This document shows, piece after piece, positions 52,270 to 64,000 of a DNA stretch of 64,000 bases. The notes under the pieces were generated by a model that saw nothing but the letters and a program-made list of their open reading frames with translations, did not search any database and was not told where the DNA came from. Each line of letters begins with the position of its first letter. Position 1 is the stretch's first letter. A program made the translations under genes and the position numbers. Source of the DNA: Octopus sinensis (lineage: Eukaryota); the NCBI RefSeq assembly GCF_006345805.1, contig NC_042999.1, positions 12,214,001 through 12,278,000 of the forward strand, read 5' to 3'.

Positions 52270-53167
52270 TGAGACCTTGAAAGCATCTTCCAATAGCAAG
52301 AAAAAACAAATGCTTCTCATATCAAGGAAACATTGCACCATTATCACCCTTAACGGTGAGCTGCACACAACCAGAGTCCTCACAATCAGTCCAAGTGTTA
52401 GGCTTCATTATCATTGAGGATCTCTCCTTGCAAAAACATAGAGCTACGTTCCCCATGATTGACGCTTTTCTTCAGAGCCAGAAGGTACTTCTGCCTCCAG
52501 CAATTACTCTGCATCAGCAGGCATCACTTCAATTAAATCAATGAGATGGTCTGGGTATATTGTTCGAATGGTGGATGAATGCATGCCCAAACAGCTGTTT
52601 TATGGCGAACTTGCAGAGGGGAAATGCAATCAGTGTAAACCTACTAAGAGGTTAAAGGATGGCATAAGGACTACCATGGAGTCACTTGGAATGGATCTAA
52701 AAGCCATAGAAACCCTTGCTTCAGATCGAGCTGGTTGGCAAACAAATGTATGGAGTGGAGCAAAAGCATTTGAAAAGGTCAGGATAACATATCCAAGACA
52801 CAAGAGAGATTTAAAGAAGAACGTTCCGATCGAGAAGGTGAATCACAATGACCTTTTTAAGTGCACAGTTTGTGACAGACCATGCCTTTCTTTTGCTGGG
52901 CTCAAATCTCATTTGCGAACCCATGGAAAACGAGCCTCCACCAACTATTCTGCCTATATGTCTGCGCATACCTTTCAATGTCGTGTATGCCATAAGGTCT
53001 GCAGATCTAACAGAGGCCTCAAAAGACATTTTAAGATCCAAAAAGATCAGAACTTAACTGCAGCTCTTGCTGGTCCAAATCGGTTATACATTCCATGTGA
53101 GTGTCTTTTCAATACACTGTCTGGTTTAAAAAGCCACATCAGATGCTATGATGGATCCAAGGTGTAG
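52270..53167 (+). mobile_element. RTE-like LINE 3' end with C2H2 zinc fingers
   Basis: RWSGYIVRM...PKQLFYGEL thumb region, followed by CTVC..H...H, CRVC..H and CEC..H fingers. Confidence 0.75.
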
Positions 53168-53169
53168 GT

Positions 53170-53272
53170 ACAAGAGGTGGTCAGACTCTGCATAAGGAGT
53201 AAACAACCACCATGTGTGTGTGTGTGTGCGTGCGCATGTCTGTGTGTGTGCGCACGTGTGTGCATGTATGTC

Positions 53273-53320
<48 letters not shown>

Positions 53321-53736
53321 TATATATATATATATATATATATGTACATATATGTGTATATTTTTGTGTGAATCTGCCCCCCTACCTATACATCTGCATA
53401 CCATCTACCTCAGTACCTTCACCACACATGCACCACTATACAATCACCAATACACACTGTTCAACTCACCACTCACTTCACACACCATTATCCACACACT
53501 CGCACACAATCTTCAATAGCATCACCACACATACTACTATGCAAGCAGCCACACACACTGTTTAACTCAGCACACACACCACACACCTTCATGCACACTC
53601 CCACACCCACAAAAACACATAATACCCGAACGCATGCAATACATACACACATGCAACACAGAGAAACACACACAACTTGCAAAGACAAAGATCACTTTCA
53701 CCTACAAATATACACTATACACATGACAGACAGACA

Positions 53737-53784
<48 letters not shown>

Positions 53785-53960
53785 TACACATGTGCACACA
53801 CGACTTGAAAAAGTACACATCAACTGCTTCACACAACACACACATACACATGTTACACACACATGCACATGCATTACACACACACACACACATCAAACTC
53901 ACTCCCCCTCTTCACATACACACATACACACTCACACATACACACACGTGCTTGTGCACC
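53170..53960. repeat. Compound (CA)n/(TA)n microsatellite cluster
   Basis: Direct reading; the source of many HT/VC/YI pseudo-ORFs. Confidence 0.95.
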
Positions 53961-55145
53961 TTAGTTCGTTGGGATCACCATTATTATCTTCCTTTCATTC
54001 AACCTCTTCTTTTCTAATCATCCTGCCATGTTGGACCGCTGAACTCTACACAGGTTTTCCCTTTCCCTTTTTTTTCTCTCTCTCCCTTTTTTCCTTTTAT
54101 TCCTTTCTGTCAAAGAGTGTAGGCTTCAAACATAAAAGACTTTCTGTTTTTCCTGCCTGTTAAACTAATACACCTGCTTGTTGTTCCTACACCTGTCTTC
54201 ATCTTTTGCTTTTTTTGTAAATTTGAACTATGTTCTTTTATTTGTTTATGTTTCAGTCATTTGACTGTGGCCATGCTGGAGAACCGCCCTTAGTTGAACA
54301 AATCAACCCCAGGACTTATTCTTTGTAAGCCTAGCACTTATTTCAATACTGTATCATCTTAATCAGGATATATTTTCAAGAGCTAAAACATGCAAAAGGA
54401 ATGCACTATGGAGGGCTGCCATATCTTTTTTAGTAAGACATCATTTCTCATCTGTCCTCTCCAAAACACTCTGAACTGTATTCCCAGAAAATTTAAGTCC
54501 TTTAACTTCTACAATTGCCTTCCCACCTTGTTAACAATGGCCTATAATCTCTATAAGCATACATGTATCAACTACTCTGTTTACATATTTATTCATTCTG
54601 GTGTTCCATTCATAAAATATTTCCTGCTCTTAATTCACTTTTCAAGATAATTGTTTCTTACCATTTCAACCAGCTTTATTCATTTTATGTCCTTGCTTTA
54701 TTTTAACTCGACATTCTGATGAGTTATTTACAAAACAGCTTAATCACCCGGCGTTTATTGATTTTACCAAAGAAATAACTCTGTTCCCTCTATATATGTC
54801 ATGTTTGGAGTACTTGCTTTTCAAAAGTGGCTGCTTCTATTGTGTCCAGCAGATTTTTATCACTGTATATGTGTGATGTGTGTGTGTGTGTGTGTGTGAA
54901 TGTATATAAACATCCATCTATACCTTCCCTGTACCTACCTACATACCTACCTATATATATATATATATCTAAATATATATGTATGTACATGTATATATAT
55001 ATTTATACATACATACATAATGTGTGTGTGTGTGCGCTTGTGTGTATGCTTGCTTCTCTTGGCTATCTATTTATTAGTTAAAATACACAAAATTTTTACA
55101 AAAAATATCATCCCCAATAGACACCTAATCAACCTTCCAAGTTAC

Positions 55146-55212
55146 CCTCTCCATACAGAAAGCAATCATTGAATCCCTTTGATTTCTGGCATTCTGTAGA
55201 CTGATTTCTTGC
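55146..55212 (-). CDS. Candidate exon (ARNQSTECQKSKGFNDCFLYGE)
   Basis: gttgcag| acceptor and AGG|gtaact donor. The C-x8-C pair sits where cholinesterases have a conserved disulfide (C...DCL); phase 0 to 1. Confidence 0.45.
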
Positions 55213-55387
55213 CTGCAACTACAACCACAATATGGCATTGAAAATGTGTATGTATTTTGTATGTGTGTTTGTGAGTGTGTATGTATTATATATTTTGTAT
55301 ATATAGAGATAGAGTCTTTGAATATATTCACATACATATAGTACACATAGATTTAGTTTTTATATATACATGTACATATATATATAT

Positions 55388-55424
<37 letters not shown>

Positions 55425-55638
55425 CCACTTACTTACCAACTTACCTATCTACCAACCTATCTGTCTATCAACTTACCAGTAATCCTTCCATAGTCACCAA
55501 ACAAAAAGGTTAGCCTAAGGAAATTATTTCTGAATGATTAAGCTGTTAAAGGGGCTAAATGCTATTAAAAACCATTTGCTGCATAACTACTTACAGTGTT
55601 AAAGCATACAGACATGCACACACCCAGGTATTACTATA

Positions 55639-55669
<31 letters not shown>

Positions 55670-55966
55670 TGTATGTATGTATGTATGTATGTATGTATGT
55701 ATGTATGTATGTACATGTGTGTATGTATGTCATTATTCTGTTTTATTTCAAGATTTCTTGTCAATAGAGAAGGAGCCGGTTTCTAACCTAGATCCAAGGA
55801 TCTTTCACTGGAATTTCAACTTCAGCAACAAGGTATGTATGTATATATGTGTGTATGTATGTATACATGTATACGTGTAGATTTATAGGTTTTGTTTTAT
55901 GTATATATTCTCATGTATATTGTTGCATATCTAGACATGTTCATATACACTTAAATGATATATATA

Positions 55967-55998
<32 letters not shown>

Positions 55999-56026
55999 GG
56001 TAGGTATTGTATATATATATATAAAA

Positions 56027-56255
56027 GGCGGCGAGCTGGCAGAAACGTTAGCACACCAGGCGAAATGCTTAGCGGTATTTCGTCTGCGTTACGTTGTGAG
56101 TTCAAATTCCGCCGAGGTCGACTTTGCCTTTCATCCTTTCGGGGTCGATAAATTAAGTACCAGTTACGCATTGGGGTCGATGTTATCGACTTAATACCTA
56201 TGTCTGTCCTTGTTTGTCCCCTCTGTGTTTAGCCCCTTGTGGGTAATAAAGAAAT
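56027..56255 (+). mobile_element. Abundant SINE-like repeat (ggcgagctggcagaa family)
   Basis: Related copies at ~340-450, 15520-15680, 27650-27830, 30500-31090, 32545-32760 and 59420-59820. Confidence 0.75.
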
Positions 56256-56724
56256 AGGTATTGTATATATATATATATATTACATAGTTTGTATAATGTT
56301 TATTGTTTTCTACTGTACATCCTTGTAACCAATAATAAACAAATGCATATTAAAAAAATAAAAAGCTAAAACCTTTTCCAGATTTCTCCCTGGCTTTCAA
56401 TGCAATTGGTTCCCTGCAAATCACTCATTTTCTGTTTTTTTTTTGTTTTTTTTTCATAATGAAGCCAAATGATATAAGTTTGATGAGATGTGAAAAGAAT
56501 GATTTTATCTCAAGGTAAATACTCTATTGAGGGGAATTCATCCAAGGTATTAATTATTTACAAACCTTTCAATAATCCTATTTGAAGCCTACAGTGTGGA
56601 AGCGTGTAATGAAATTAGTGTGAATGGATTAGAGTTTGAATGGAATTATGATCAGGAAATAGGAAGAAGAGATTATGCAAGTATTGACTTTTCTTCTTCT
56701 TAGTCTCATGTATCGACAACTTAC

Positions 56725-56747
56725 ACCAGAGTCAACAAGAGGACACA
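56725..56747 (-). CDS. Candidate 23-nt microexon (CPLVDSG)
   Basis: gctgtag| acceptor and strong GGT|gtaagt donor; phase 1 to 0 links its neighbours. Confidence 0.4.
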
Positions 56748-58422
56748 CTACAGCAATCGTTTCACACTGAGATGTTGTCATCATCATCATTATAGTCGTT
56801 TGACATCCACTTTCCATGCTGGCATGGGTTGGATGAGGGCTGGCAAGCCAGGAGGCTGCTCCAAGCTCCAGTCTGATCAGGCAAGGTTTCTACAGCTGGA
56901 TGCCCTTCCTAATGCCAACCACTCCGAGAGTGTAGTGGGTGCTTTTTATGTGCCACCAGCATGGGAGCCAGTCAGGCGGCACTGGCATCGACCATATTAA
57001 GATGATGCTTTTTATGTGCCACTTGCACAGGAGCCAGTCAGTGGGGGAGACTGGCATCAACCATGTTCGGATGGTGCCATTTACATTCCACTGGCATGGG
57101 GAGCTGGTCAAGCGGAACTGGCATCGACCCATGCTTGAATGGTGCTTATTATGTGCCAGTCAGGTGGCACTGGCATTGACCACAACTGCAATTTCCATTT
57201 TGATCTCGATCTTGATTTGCTTTGTTTTTGACTTTTGATTGAGGTTTTAAATTTAGCAAACACAATTGACCAAAACAAAATATCAATAAAGGTGTTGCAT
57301 GCGTTAAGCATGAAGCTGCAAGGTGTTTGTGGTGAGAATGCAACACTCACAATCTTCTTAAGATCCTTCATTTTCGATTTGAAGTAGATTTGGTTATTAT
57401 TTCAAGTGTGTTGAGCAATTACTTAGAGCAATGGTTTCCAATATTTCTATGACCTTGTTTCATTTTATATCCTTATGCTCAAAGTATAAATATCAAAATT
57501 AGAAAATTAAAAACTATTCTGAAGCCAGTAGACTTACGAGGTTCATTTGGCCAAAGCTTATCCCAGTTTAATTACTATCATGAAAAGAAAAGAGAAAAAA
57601 ATGATTTTGGAGGTTGCAGTGCATTTGTCTGAAAAAGTAGTGAATGTCATGGTCAGATTTCTGGTCAGAGTGGTTCTTTATGTCTGTGATCTTGTTCACT
57701 CAACAGAAAGTGAATACCAGGAATTATGTGGTGGCTGTGGTGGTTGTGGTGATGTTGGTGGTGGTAGAGATAACTCTGTCATAAACTCTATCATCTATGA
57801 AAGAATTCTTGTATTCTCAGCTGTTCAGATTAGACAAACCTACGATCAAAAGCCTCCCAAGCATGGCAATCCCTACTTTTTTACCATTCTTAGGCAAATG
57901 TACTGCACACTACAATATCCAAATTTCCTTGCTTTTAAGATTATTGTGAAACTGGTATTAGCTTAGGCTTCAGAACAGTCTTTAACTTTTTAACTTTATC
58001 TTTTATAGTTTAAGTAAAGGGATAGACATGGTAACAGGATCATAGGAACTTTGGGAACTAAGTGGTCACTTGATCTTCTTGAAATGATAATCAAATCTTA
58101 CTCAAATCAAGAATGCAAGAAATAGTATGTCAAATCATCCTCAAATTATACACAATTAAAAAAAAAATGGACATTGTAGTTTACTGTACATTGAAAAGCA
58201 GAGATGATCACAGCTTTGTCAAATTTGAGCAGATTTGGGATCAACCGGTGCCACCACCAGGAAAGGGCTCCTTGGACAGTGTAAAACTAACATGTCTAAA
58301 AAGAAATGACGGTCAAGGGTGGAATGCTTTTGGCCAGTCAGGGTTAAGCTGAAGCTAAACTGCAACAAATTGGTGACAGATCTCCATTGGTTTCGATTCA
58401 GTGGTTTGATCATCTGAATTAC

Positions 58423-58520
58423 CTGATCCTGAATTAATTTCTAAGTGGTTGAGTACTCCACAGACATGTATACCTTCTGGCAGAATCAGCCAGACACAGC
58501 ATGTGTGACAAAGCTGCATC
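58423..58520 (-). CDS. Candidate exon 4 (MQLCHTCCVWLILPEGIHVCGVLNHLEINSGS)
   Basis: ttcaaag| acceptor and CAG|gtaatt donor; lies within ORF 58355..58558(-). GVLNHLEINSGS resembles GLFHRAIxQSGS; phase 2 to 1. Confidence 0.55.
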
Positions 58521-59339
58521 CTTTGAATTATAGGTACAATCTCTCTTTCAAATTTCACAAGTAATAATTTTTACATATAAGGGTGAAAAATTTGATCTTT
58601 GTTGCTAGAAACATTGATAGCTTTGGACATGTTTTAACATTATTAAACCTTATCAGTCAAATATAGCCATCCCAATCCTGCCAGATCAATGGACCATGAT
58701 TTTTACATTTCAGAAGAGATTTACTAAAGACTTTTTTATAATAGCCCCAGCCCATCCAAAGTACCTTGGATTGCAGAACGACCTGCTGTGCTTACCTTGG
58801 ATCGTAGGGTGACCTGCTGTGCTTACCTTGGATCGTAGGGTGACCTGCTGTGCTTGAGGAGACCTATTGAGTCAAGTACATCAACATCAAAATAAATATC
58901 AAATGGAAATTGTAGTTGTGATACCTGTGCTGGTGGCATGTAAAAAGCACCATCTGAACATGGCCAATGCCAGCGCCGCCTTGACTGTCTTCTGTGCCAG
59001 TGGCACGTAAAAAGCACCAACTGATCGTGGCCGCTGCCAGCCTCCCCTGGCACCTGTGCTGGTGGCACGTAAAAAGCACCCACTACACTCATGGAGTGGC
59101 TGGCGTTAGGAAGGGCATCCAGCTGTAGAAACACTGCCAGATCAGACTGGAGCCTGGTGCAGCCTTCTGGCTTCCCAGGCCCCGGTCAAACCGTCCAACC
59201 CTTGCTAGCACAGAAAACAGACATTAAACGATGATGATGATGATGATGATGATTACAAACACTTTTTTTATATGTTTCATCCTATATTCTGTGATGAAAC
59301 CTTGTCTGAGTCAATCATTTCTTCTTCTTTTTTTTTTAC

Positions 59340-59381
59340 CATGAAACCCCGTAAGTGTCATTCGATACACATATAACAGGC
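59340..59381 (-). CDS. Optional low-confidence exon (PVICVSNDTYGVS)
   Basis: gacag| acceptor and TG|gtaaaa donor; symmetric phase 2-2, so the frame is kept with or without it. It would place a GxS at the nucleophile position. Confidence 0.2.
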
Positions 59382-60050
59382 CTGTCAACCAAATTCTATT
59401 CACAAGATAACTCTAGACAACATTCTTTTCTGCTCTAGGCACAAAGCCCGAAATTTGGGGGAAGGGGGCTAGTCGATAAGATGGACCCCAGTACGCAACT
59501 TGTACTTAATTTATTGACCCCGAAAAGATGAAAAGCAATGTCAACCATGGCTGAATTTGAACTCAGAACACAAAGACAGACGAATACCTATTTCTTTACT
59601 ACCCACAAGGGGCTAAACACAGAGAGGAAAAACAAGGACAGACAAACGGATTAAGTTGATTATATCAACCTCAGTGCGTAACTGGTACTTATTTAATCGA
59701 CCCCAAAAGGATGAAAGGTAAAGTCGACCTCGGCGGAATCTGAACTCAGAACATAGTGACAGACGAAATACCGCTAAGCATTTTGCCTGGCATGCTAATG
59801 TTTCTGCCAGTTTGCCGCCTTAGAACTGTAGACAATGTTGTCATGAAGCAAGCTTCTTAACCCTACAGCCCTACCTGTCACCAGTCATCGCTCATAAAAC
59901 ATCTGTAAAGCAAGGACTCTAACATTTTATGTTGGACTTTGTTTAACTGAGTTCGTTTGAAGTTGAAGGAAATCAATTATGTAATTGTGATACAATCAAT
60001 CGCTTGATATTTCACAATAAAGAAAATATAGAAGTGAGAGACCACAACAA

Positions 60051-60090
<40 letters not shown>

Positions 60091-60221
60091 CATGTATGCA
60101 TATATATATGTATATATATATATATATCATCATCAGCAGCAGCATAGCTTTGTAAATGATGATTCATGAAGGACACAGCTCATATGGAATGTGAGTGGCT
60201 GTCTGTCTGAGACTGACTGAC

Positions 60222-60368
60222 CAGTCCAATACTGGACAAGCAGGCCTGGCCACCAATAGTTCTAAGGGAAACTCTATTCTGCAGTGTTCTATTTCTTTTC
60301 CAATTTGTTTTTTTGTTCTCAAGACCAGCCCTGGAGAACCTAGAGGGTGGGTGGTGGCTGCTACATCA
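60222..60368 (-). CDS. Candidate exon 3 (DVAATTHPLGSPGLVLRTKKQIGKEIEHCRIEFPLELLVARPACPVLD)
   Basis: ctttag| acceptor and TG|gtcagt donor; lies within ORF 60164..60472(-). DVAATTHPLGSPG resembles DVVVVTxNYRLGxxG, and LD+W resembles the ALxW motif; phase 2 to 2. Confidence 0.5.
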
Positions 60369-61051
60369 CTAAAGCTCACAGTTATAGGCTTGGAGACATT
60401 GGCCAATGGGATGGTCAATGTGACAGGAACCAAGGAATTTCCTTGGAGAGTCCAGTTAGGGTGGGTCTCCACTTGACATTGATTGTTGTTTGGCTTGTTT
60501 TAATAAACTCTTTAGCATTTAATCATCTGGCCATATCTGGACCAGATAGTATACCTGTTTTATGTTAAAAATGACCGAATCCAGTCTTCCCCACTTCCCC
60601 TACAATGCCATTCAAAAGATGAACAATTATATCATGGGAATCTCAAAGCTATGAGATGATGCATGACTAATTCCCAAATAATGTCAGGAAATAAGCACAA
60701 CATTTGAGCGAGTCAAATGAATGCAAATGTCTTTGTTACTGTCTGCGCTACTCATCTTTTGTTCCAGTTTTATCCAATCCAGATCAGGTATAAACGAATG
60801 GGTTTTGTTGCAATAAATCCAGAGGCCTTGAGGGATTTTTCCAAAAGAGGGTCTCAACAGTAATTTTCTTTCTTCTGTACATCAACACATGTCTGTATGA
60901 ATGTATTGTGTGTATATATGTATACATATACATATCTATCTATCTGTCTGTCTATCTATTTACCTATGTATATCATCATTATTATCATCATCATCGTTTA
61001 ATGTCCGTTTTCCGTGCTAGCACAGGTTGGACGGGAAAAATACAATGTGCT

Positions 61052-61170
61052 ATGCTTACTGCACCTAGGTTTCCCAAGCGGTCACCCATCTAAGTACTGA
61101 CTAGGCTTGACGTTGCTTAACTTTGGTGATCAGACGAGAACCAGTGCTTTCAACGTGATATGGCTATATA
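61052..61170 (-). pseudogene. Full-length diverged 5S rRNA-derived copy
   Basis: The minus strand reads gccatatcacgttgaaagcactggttctcgtctgatc...aagttaagcaacg...tagtcagtacttagatgggtgaccgcttgggaa...ggtgcagtaagcat, ~119 nt colinear with eukaryotic 5S. Confidence 0.88.
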
Positions 61171-61180
61171 TATATATATG

Positions 61181-61237
<57 letters not shown>

Positions 61238-61693
61238 TTGTATGTGTGCATGCATAAGTGTGTGTGTATTTACATATTTACATATAAAGAATATGAAGAG
61301 TTTAGTTCACTTGTGATCTAAACAAATAAGTATGCTGAGTAAGTACTATGGCTGGTTGTCCGTCAGGTTCCAATTTCACGGCTGAGGCTGGATCCAGGGT
61401 TCTGATTAGGAATTGGCTTCTAACGTTCAATCCATCGAAAACTAAATTTCTTTCAAGTAATCACTTCAGACAATCCTTTCTTGCCATTGGTTTCGATGGA
61501 TGGTATTGACTTACCTGAGAGTCATTCTCTTCTATTTATATACATACATTACACCCATAGAGTGGTTGGTGTTAGGAAGGGCATCCAGCTGTAGAAACAC
61601 TGCCTGATCAAACTGGAGCCTGGTGTAGCCTCCTAGCTTCCCAGACCCCAGTCAAACCGTCCAACCCATACCAGCATGGAAAATGGATGTTAA

Positions 61694-61914
61694 CCCTTTA
61701 GCATTTAAACCGGCCATATCCGGCCAAAAGTATTCCGCCTGTTTTATGTTCAAACTGGCCAGATCTGGTCTCTCACACCAACCCTACAATATCATTTTAA
61801 AAATTAACAGTTACCTCATCAAAATCTCATAGCTACAAGATAATGCCTGATTAGTTCAAAACAATGTGGATGAAGAAGCATTAATTGTGGCAGAATAATG
61901 CGAACACTAAAGGG
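61694..61914. mobile_element. TTAA MITE (piggyBac-like) nested in an RTE tail
   Basis: ccctttag...ctaaaggg TIRs; TTAA duplicated at 61690-61693 and 61915-61918. Confidence 0.85.
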
Positions 61915-62011
61915 TTAAACGATGATGATGATGAAGATTGTATATTAGACCCAAGCTGCTATATTTAATTTGTTTATCAGCATAATTATCTCTCTCTCTC
62001 TCTTGATATAT

Positions 62012-63065
62012 ATATTGAGTTGGTAACTAAGTTTCCAAGGTTTTTTTTAAATTTTGGAATTTGTTGCGTTTTTAAATTTTGGAATTTATTTTTTTCGAGA
62101 ATTCCATTTTTGAATCATTTTGGAATATATTTTGGGTTTTTTTCCTAGTTAATTTTAGTTAATTTTTGTTTATTTTCAGATCATTAAAATGGAATGTCAA
62201 GTTAAGAAAAATGAGCATTTTTGACACCTATTTGCTTTTAATCAAGGTTCTAAGGCTGCAAAAGCTGCTCGTGACATTTGTGCTGTGTATGGAAAGGGTG
62301 GCATAGCTGAAAGAACTGCTCATGATTGGTATGCCAAGTTCAAAAATGGAAATTTTGACCTCAAAGATGCACCTCATTCTGGCCATCCCGTTGAGTTTGA
62401 TGAAGAGTGATTAAACCAACTTTTGCACAAAAATTCTCGTCAAACGACAAGGGAACTGGCAGAGAAAATGGAATGCTCCTACACTGCTATAGAGAAGCAT
62501 CTTCACTCGATGGGAAAGGTTCAGAAGTATGGAGCATGGGTTCCGTATGCTTTAAGTGACAACAGCAAAAGTCAATGAGCCACAATCTCCGCTGGTTTAC
62601 TTGCTCGTCACTGCTCAACTCGTGGACACAAGCAACGATTTCTTTACCGAATCTTTACTGGTAATGAAAAATGGTGCCTGTACAGCAATATGAAGCAGTG
62701 TAAGGAATGGCTTAGCCCTGGTAAACAAGCGACACCGTGCATGAAACAAGATCTTCATCCGCGTAAAACGATGTTGTGCATATGGTAAGAGTGGGAAAGG
62801 ATTATCCATTGCAAATTGCTTGAACGGAACCAAATAGTCAACATAGAACTCTATGTTGAACAGATGGAACAACACAACACGGCTATTCAAGAGAAGAGAC
62901 CTAATCGGCCAGCATTGAGTTCTTCTGTTGCACGACAATGCCCGTCCTCATATCGTCAATATGACCAAGGAAGACATTCAAACGCATGGCTGGGAAGTGC
63001 TGCCACACCCACCGTACTCTCCTGATTTGGCACCAACGGATTTCCACCTCTTTCAAATGCTATGC
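62012..63065 (+). mobile_element. Degenerate mariner transposon
   Basis: MECQVKKNEHF, WYAKFKNG, WVPYAL, TGNEKW, HDNARPH and YSPDLAPTDFHLF; contains stops and frameshifts; truncated at (GA)n. Confidence 0.9.
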
Positions 63066-63208
63066 ACAGCATTTCATTAGAGAGAGAGAGAGAGAGAGAG
63101 AGATAAATGTACACATGCAAAATGAGAGAAAGCAGAAGGTGGAAACTTTGAGATGATGAATTTTTAAGTATCAATATGTAGATATCTATATTAATATGTC
63201 CAACTTAC

Positions 63209-63348
63209 ACAGTGTACAAACGACAGAGAAAATTAAAGGAGTGGAAAAAAGGTGTTATAATTCTCATGGCTGTTTCTGGGGGCTCAGTGTTCCATAATAA
63301 TGTTGGTAGATTTAGATAGATGCAATTAACATTGGATGAGATGAGCCT
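63209..63348 (-). CDS. Candidate exon 2 (RLISSNVNCIYLNLPTLLWNTEPPETAMRIITPFFHSFNFLCRLYT)
   Basis: Strong GT|gtaagt donor; acceptor position uncertain by a few nt. NCIYLN matches the EDCLYLN motif; phase 0 to 2. Confidence 0.55.
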
Positions 63349-63627
63349 CTCTCATCAGGATAGAGATCTTACATTTTAGATCTAAATGCAGAGAAGTTCA
63401 AAGATGGAATTCCATCTTTGAACTTTGACCTATTAATATTAGTATCTATATATTTATTCTTAAAAATTCATCATCTGAAAGTCTCCACCTTTTGCATGTA
63501 TAAATATATACATATTTTGTATTTTATACCCAAACTAATATATTTAATATATTTGATGTATCTAATTTATCTGCATAATTTTCCTCTATATCTACTCAAC
63601 CTGACCCCTCTTATAGCCTTTCTTTAC

Positions 63628-63730
63628 TCTGTGGAATGATCCCTTGTAAAGACATCGGAGTCTAAGTTTGAATCTTTTAAGCACTACTAAATGTCTTCTA
63701 TATGGAGAATCTGTGGGTCTCATCTGTGGA
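63628..63730 (-). CDS. Candidate exon 1 of a carboxylesterase-fold gene (PQMRPTDSPYRRHLVVLKRFKLRLRCLYKGSFHR)
   Basis: cacatag| acceptor and AGA|gtaaag donor; open frame, phase 2 to 0. SPYRRHLVVLKRFK resembles the IPYAxPPVGxLRF motif of COesterases. Confidence 0.45.
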
Positions 63731-64000
63731 CTATGTGTGTATGTGTGTGCATATAAACCATAGAAGTCTGGAGATATGAGAGATGAATATATATTTATTT
63801 AATCACACAATATCCTTAGGATTACGGCTGCTTTGCAGCATTCTTCATGCTGTATTAGTTTCAGTGTGGAAGAAATTATGCCTACATGTTTGCATTAATA
63901 TGTAAGCTCCACATTATAAAATACAATTGTATAGTCACGAATCAATGGCAGTAAAGAAAGCTAGTTTATGAGACGGCCAGAATAACATGGTTACACCAAT

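Noticed and set aside
54811-54861. DKNLLDTIEAATFEKQ, which resembles an esterase linker
   Set aside because: Its phases (2 to 0) are incompatible with the neighbouring exons and the donor is weak; not included in the model.
53126-56171. Many 60-190 aa ORFs rich in YI, HT, CV and MYVC
   Set aside because: They are translations of (TA)n, (CA)n and (TATG)n microsatellites, not genes. The same applies near 7202, 15316-16957 and 33271-33866.
57538-57574. Strong donor (CTC|gtaagt) with a polypyrimidine acceptor
   Set aside because: The 37-nt segment has stop codons in all three frames; at most a non-coding or pseudo-exon.
57547-57966. 139-aa plus-strand ORF
   Set aside because: Low-complexity (ggt)n content, no recognisable motifs, and no supporting exon chain on that strand.
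59874-59901. Exon-like 28-nt segment with excellent splice sites (ctttacag|...CAG|gtaggg)
   Set aside because: Stops in all three frames. It could be a poison exon, but there is no evidence for that.
61052-61170. Functional 5S rRNA gene
   Set aside because: It is isolated, not in a tandem array, carries multiple substitutions relative to the recalled 5S consensus and abuts a LINE tail; called a derived copy instead.

Overview
Repeat-rich, AT-rich eukaryotic DNA, dense in (TA)n/(CA)n/(TAA)n/(GAT)n microsatellites. The repeat repertoire looks like an octopus (coleoid cephalopod) genome, but that assignment is an inference from recalled repeat families, not a database result. Most long ORFs in the track are retrotransposon proteins. 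They include a TSD-flanked, near-full-length RTE LINE (21260-25114), a second RTE family with a PHD finger inside its RT, a CR1-like LINE and many R4/Dong-type RLE LINE fragments. There are also mariner relics and MITEs, TTAA MITEs, a Helitron-like element, SINEs and a 5S rRNA-derived copy. The main finding is largely invisible to the ORF track. Manual splice-site reading gives a minus-strand chain of 12-14 small GT-AG exons from about 63730 down to about 20160. The exons are phase-compatible, join into one stop-free frame of about 395 aa, and carry type-B carboxylesterase/cholinesterase fold motifs in the canonical order. The oxyanion hole, nucleophile elbow and catalytic His all appear to be lost, which suggests a highly divergent pseudo-esterase. 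The model is hand-built and needs RNA-seq and profile-search confirmation. Several long hairpins and fold-back rearrangements lie in its introns.
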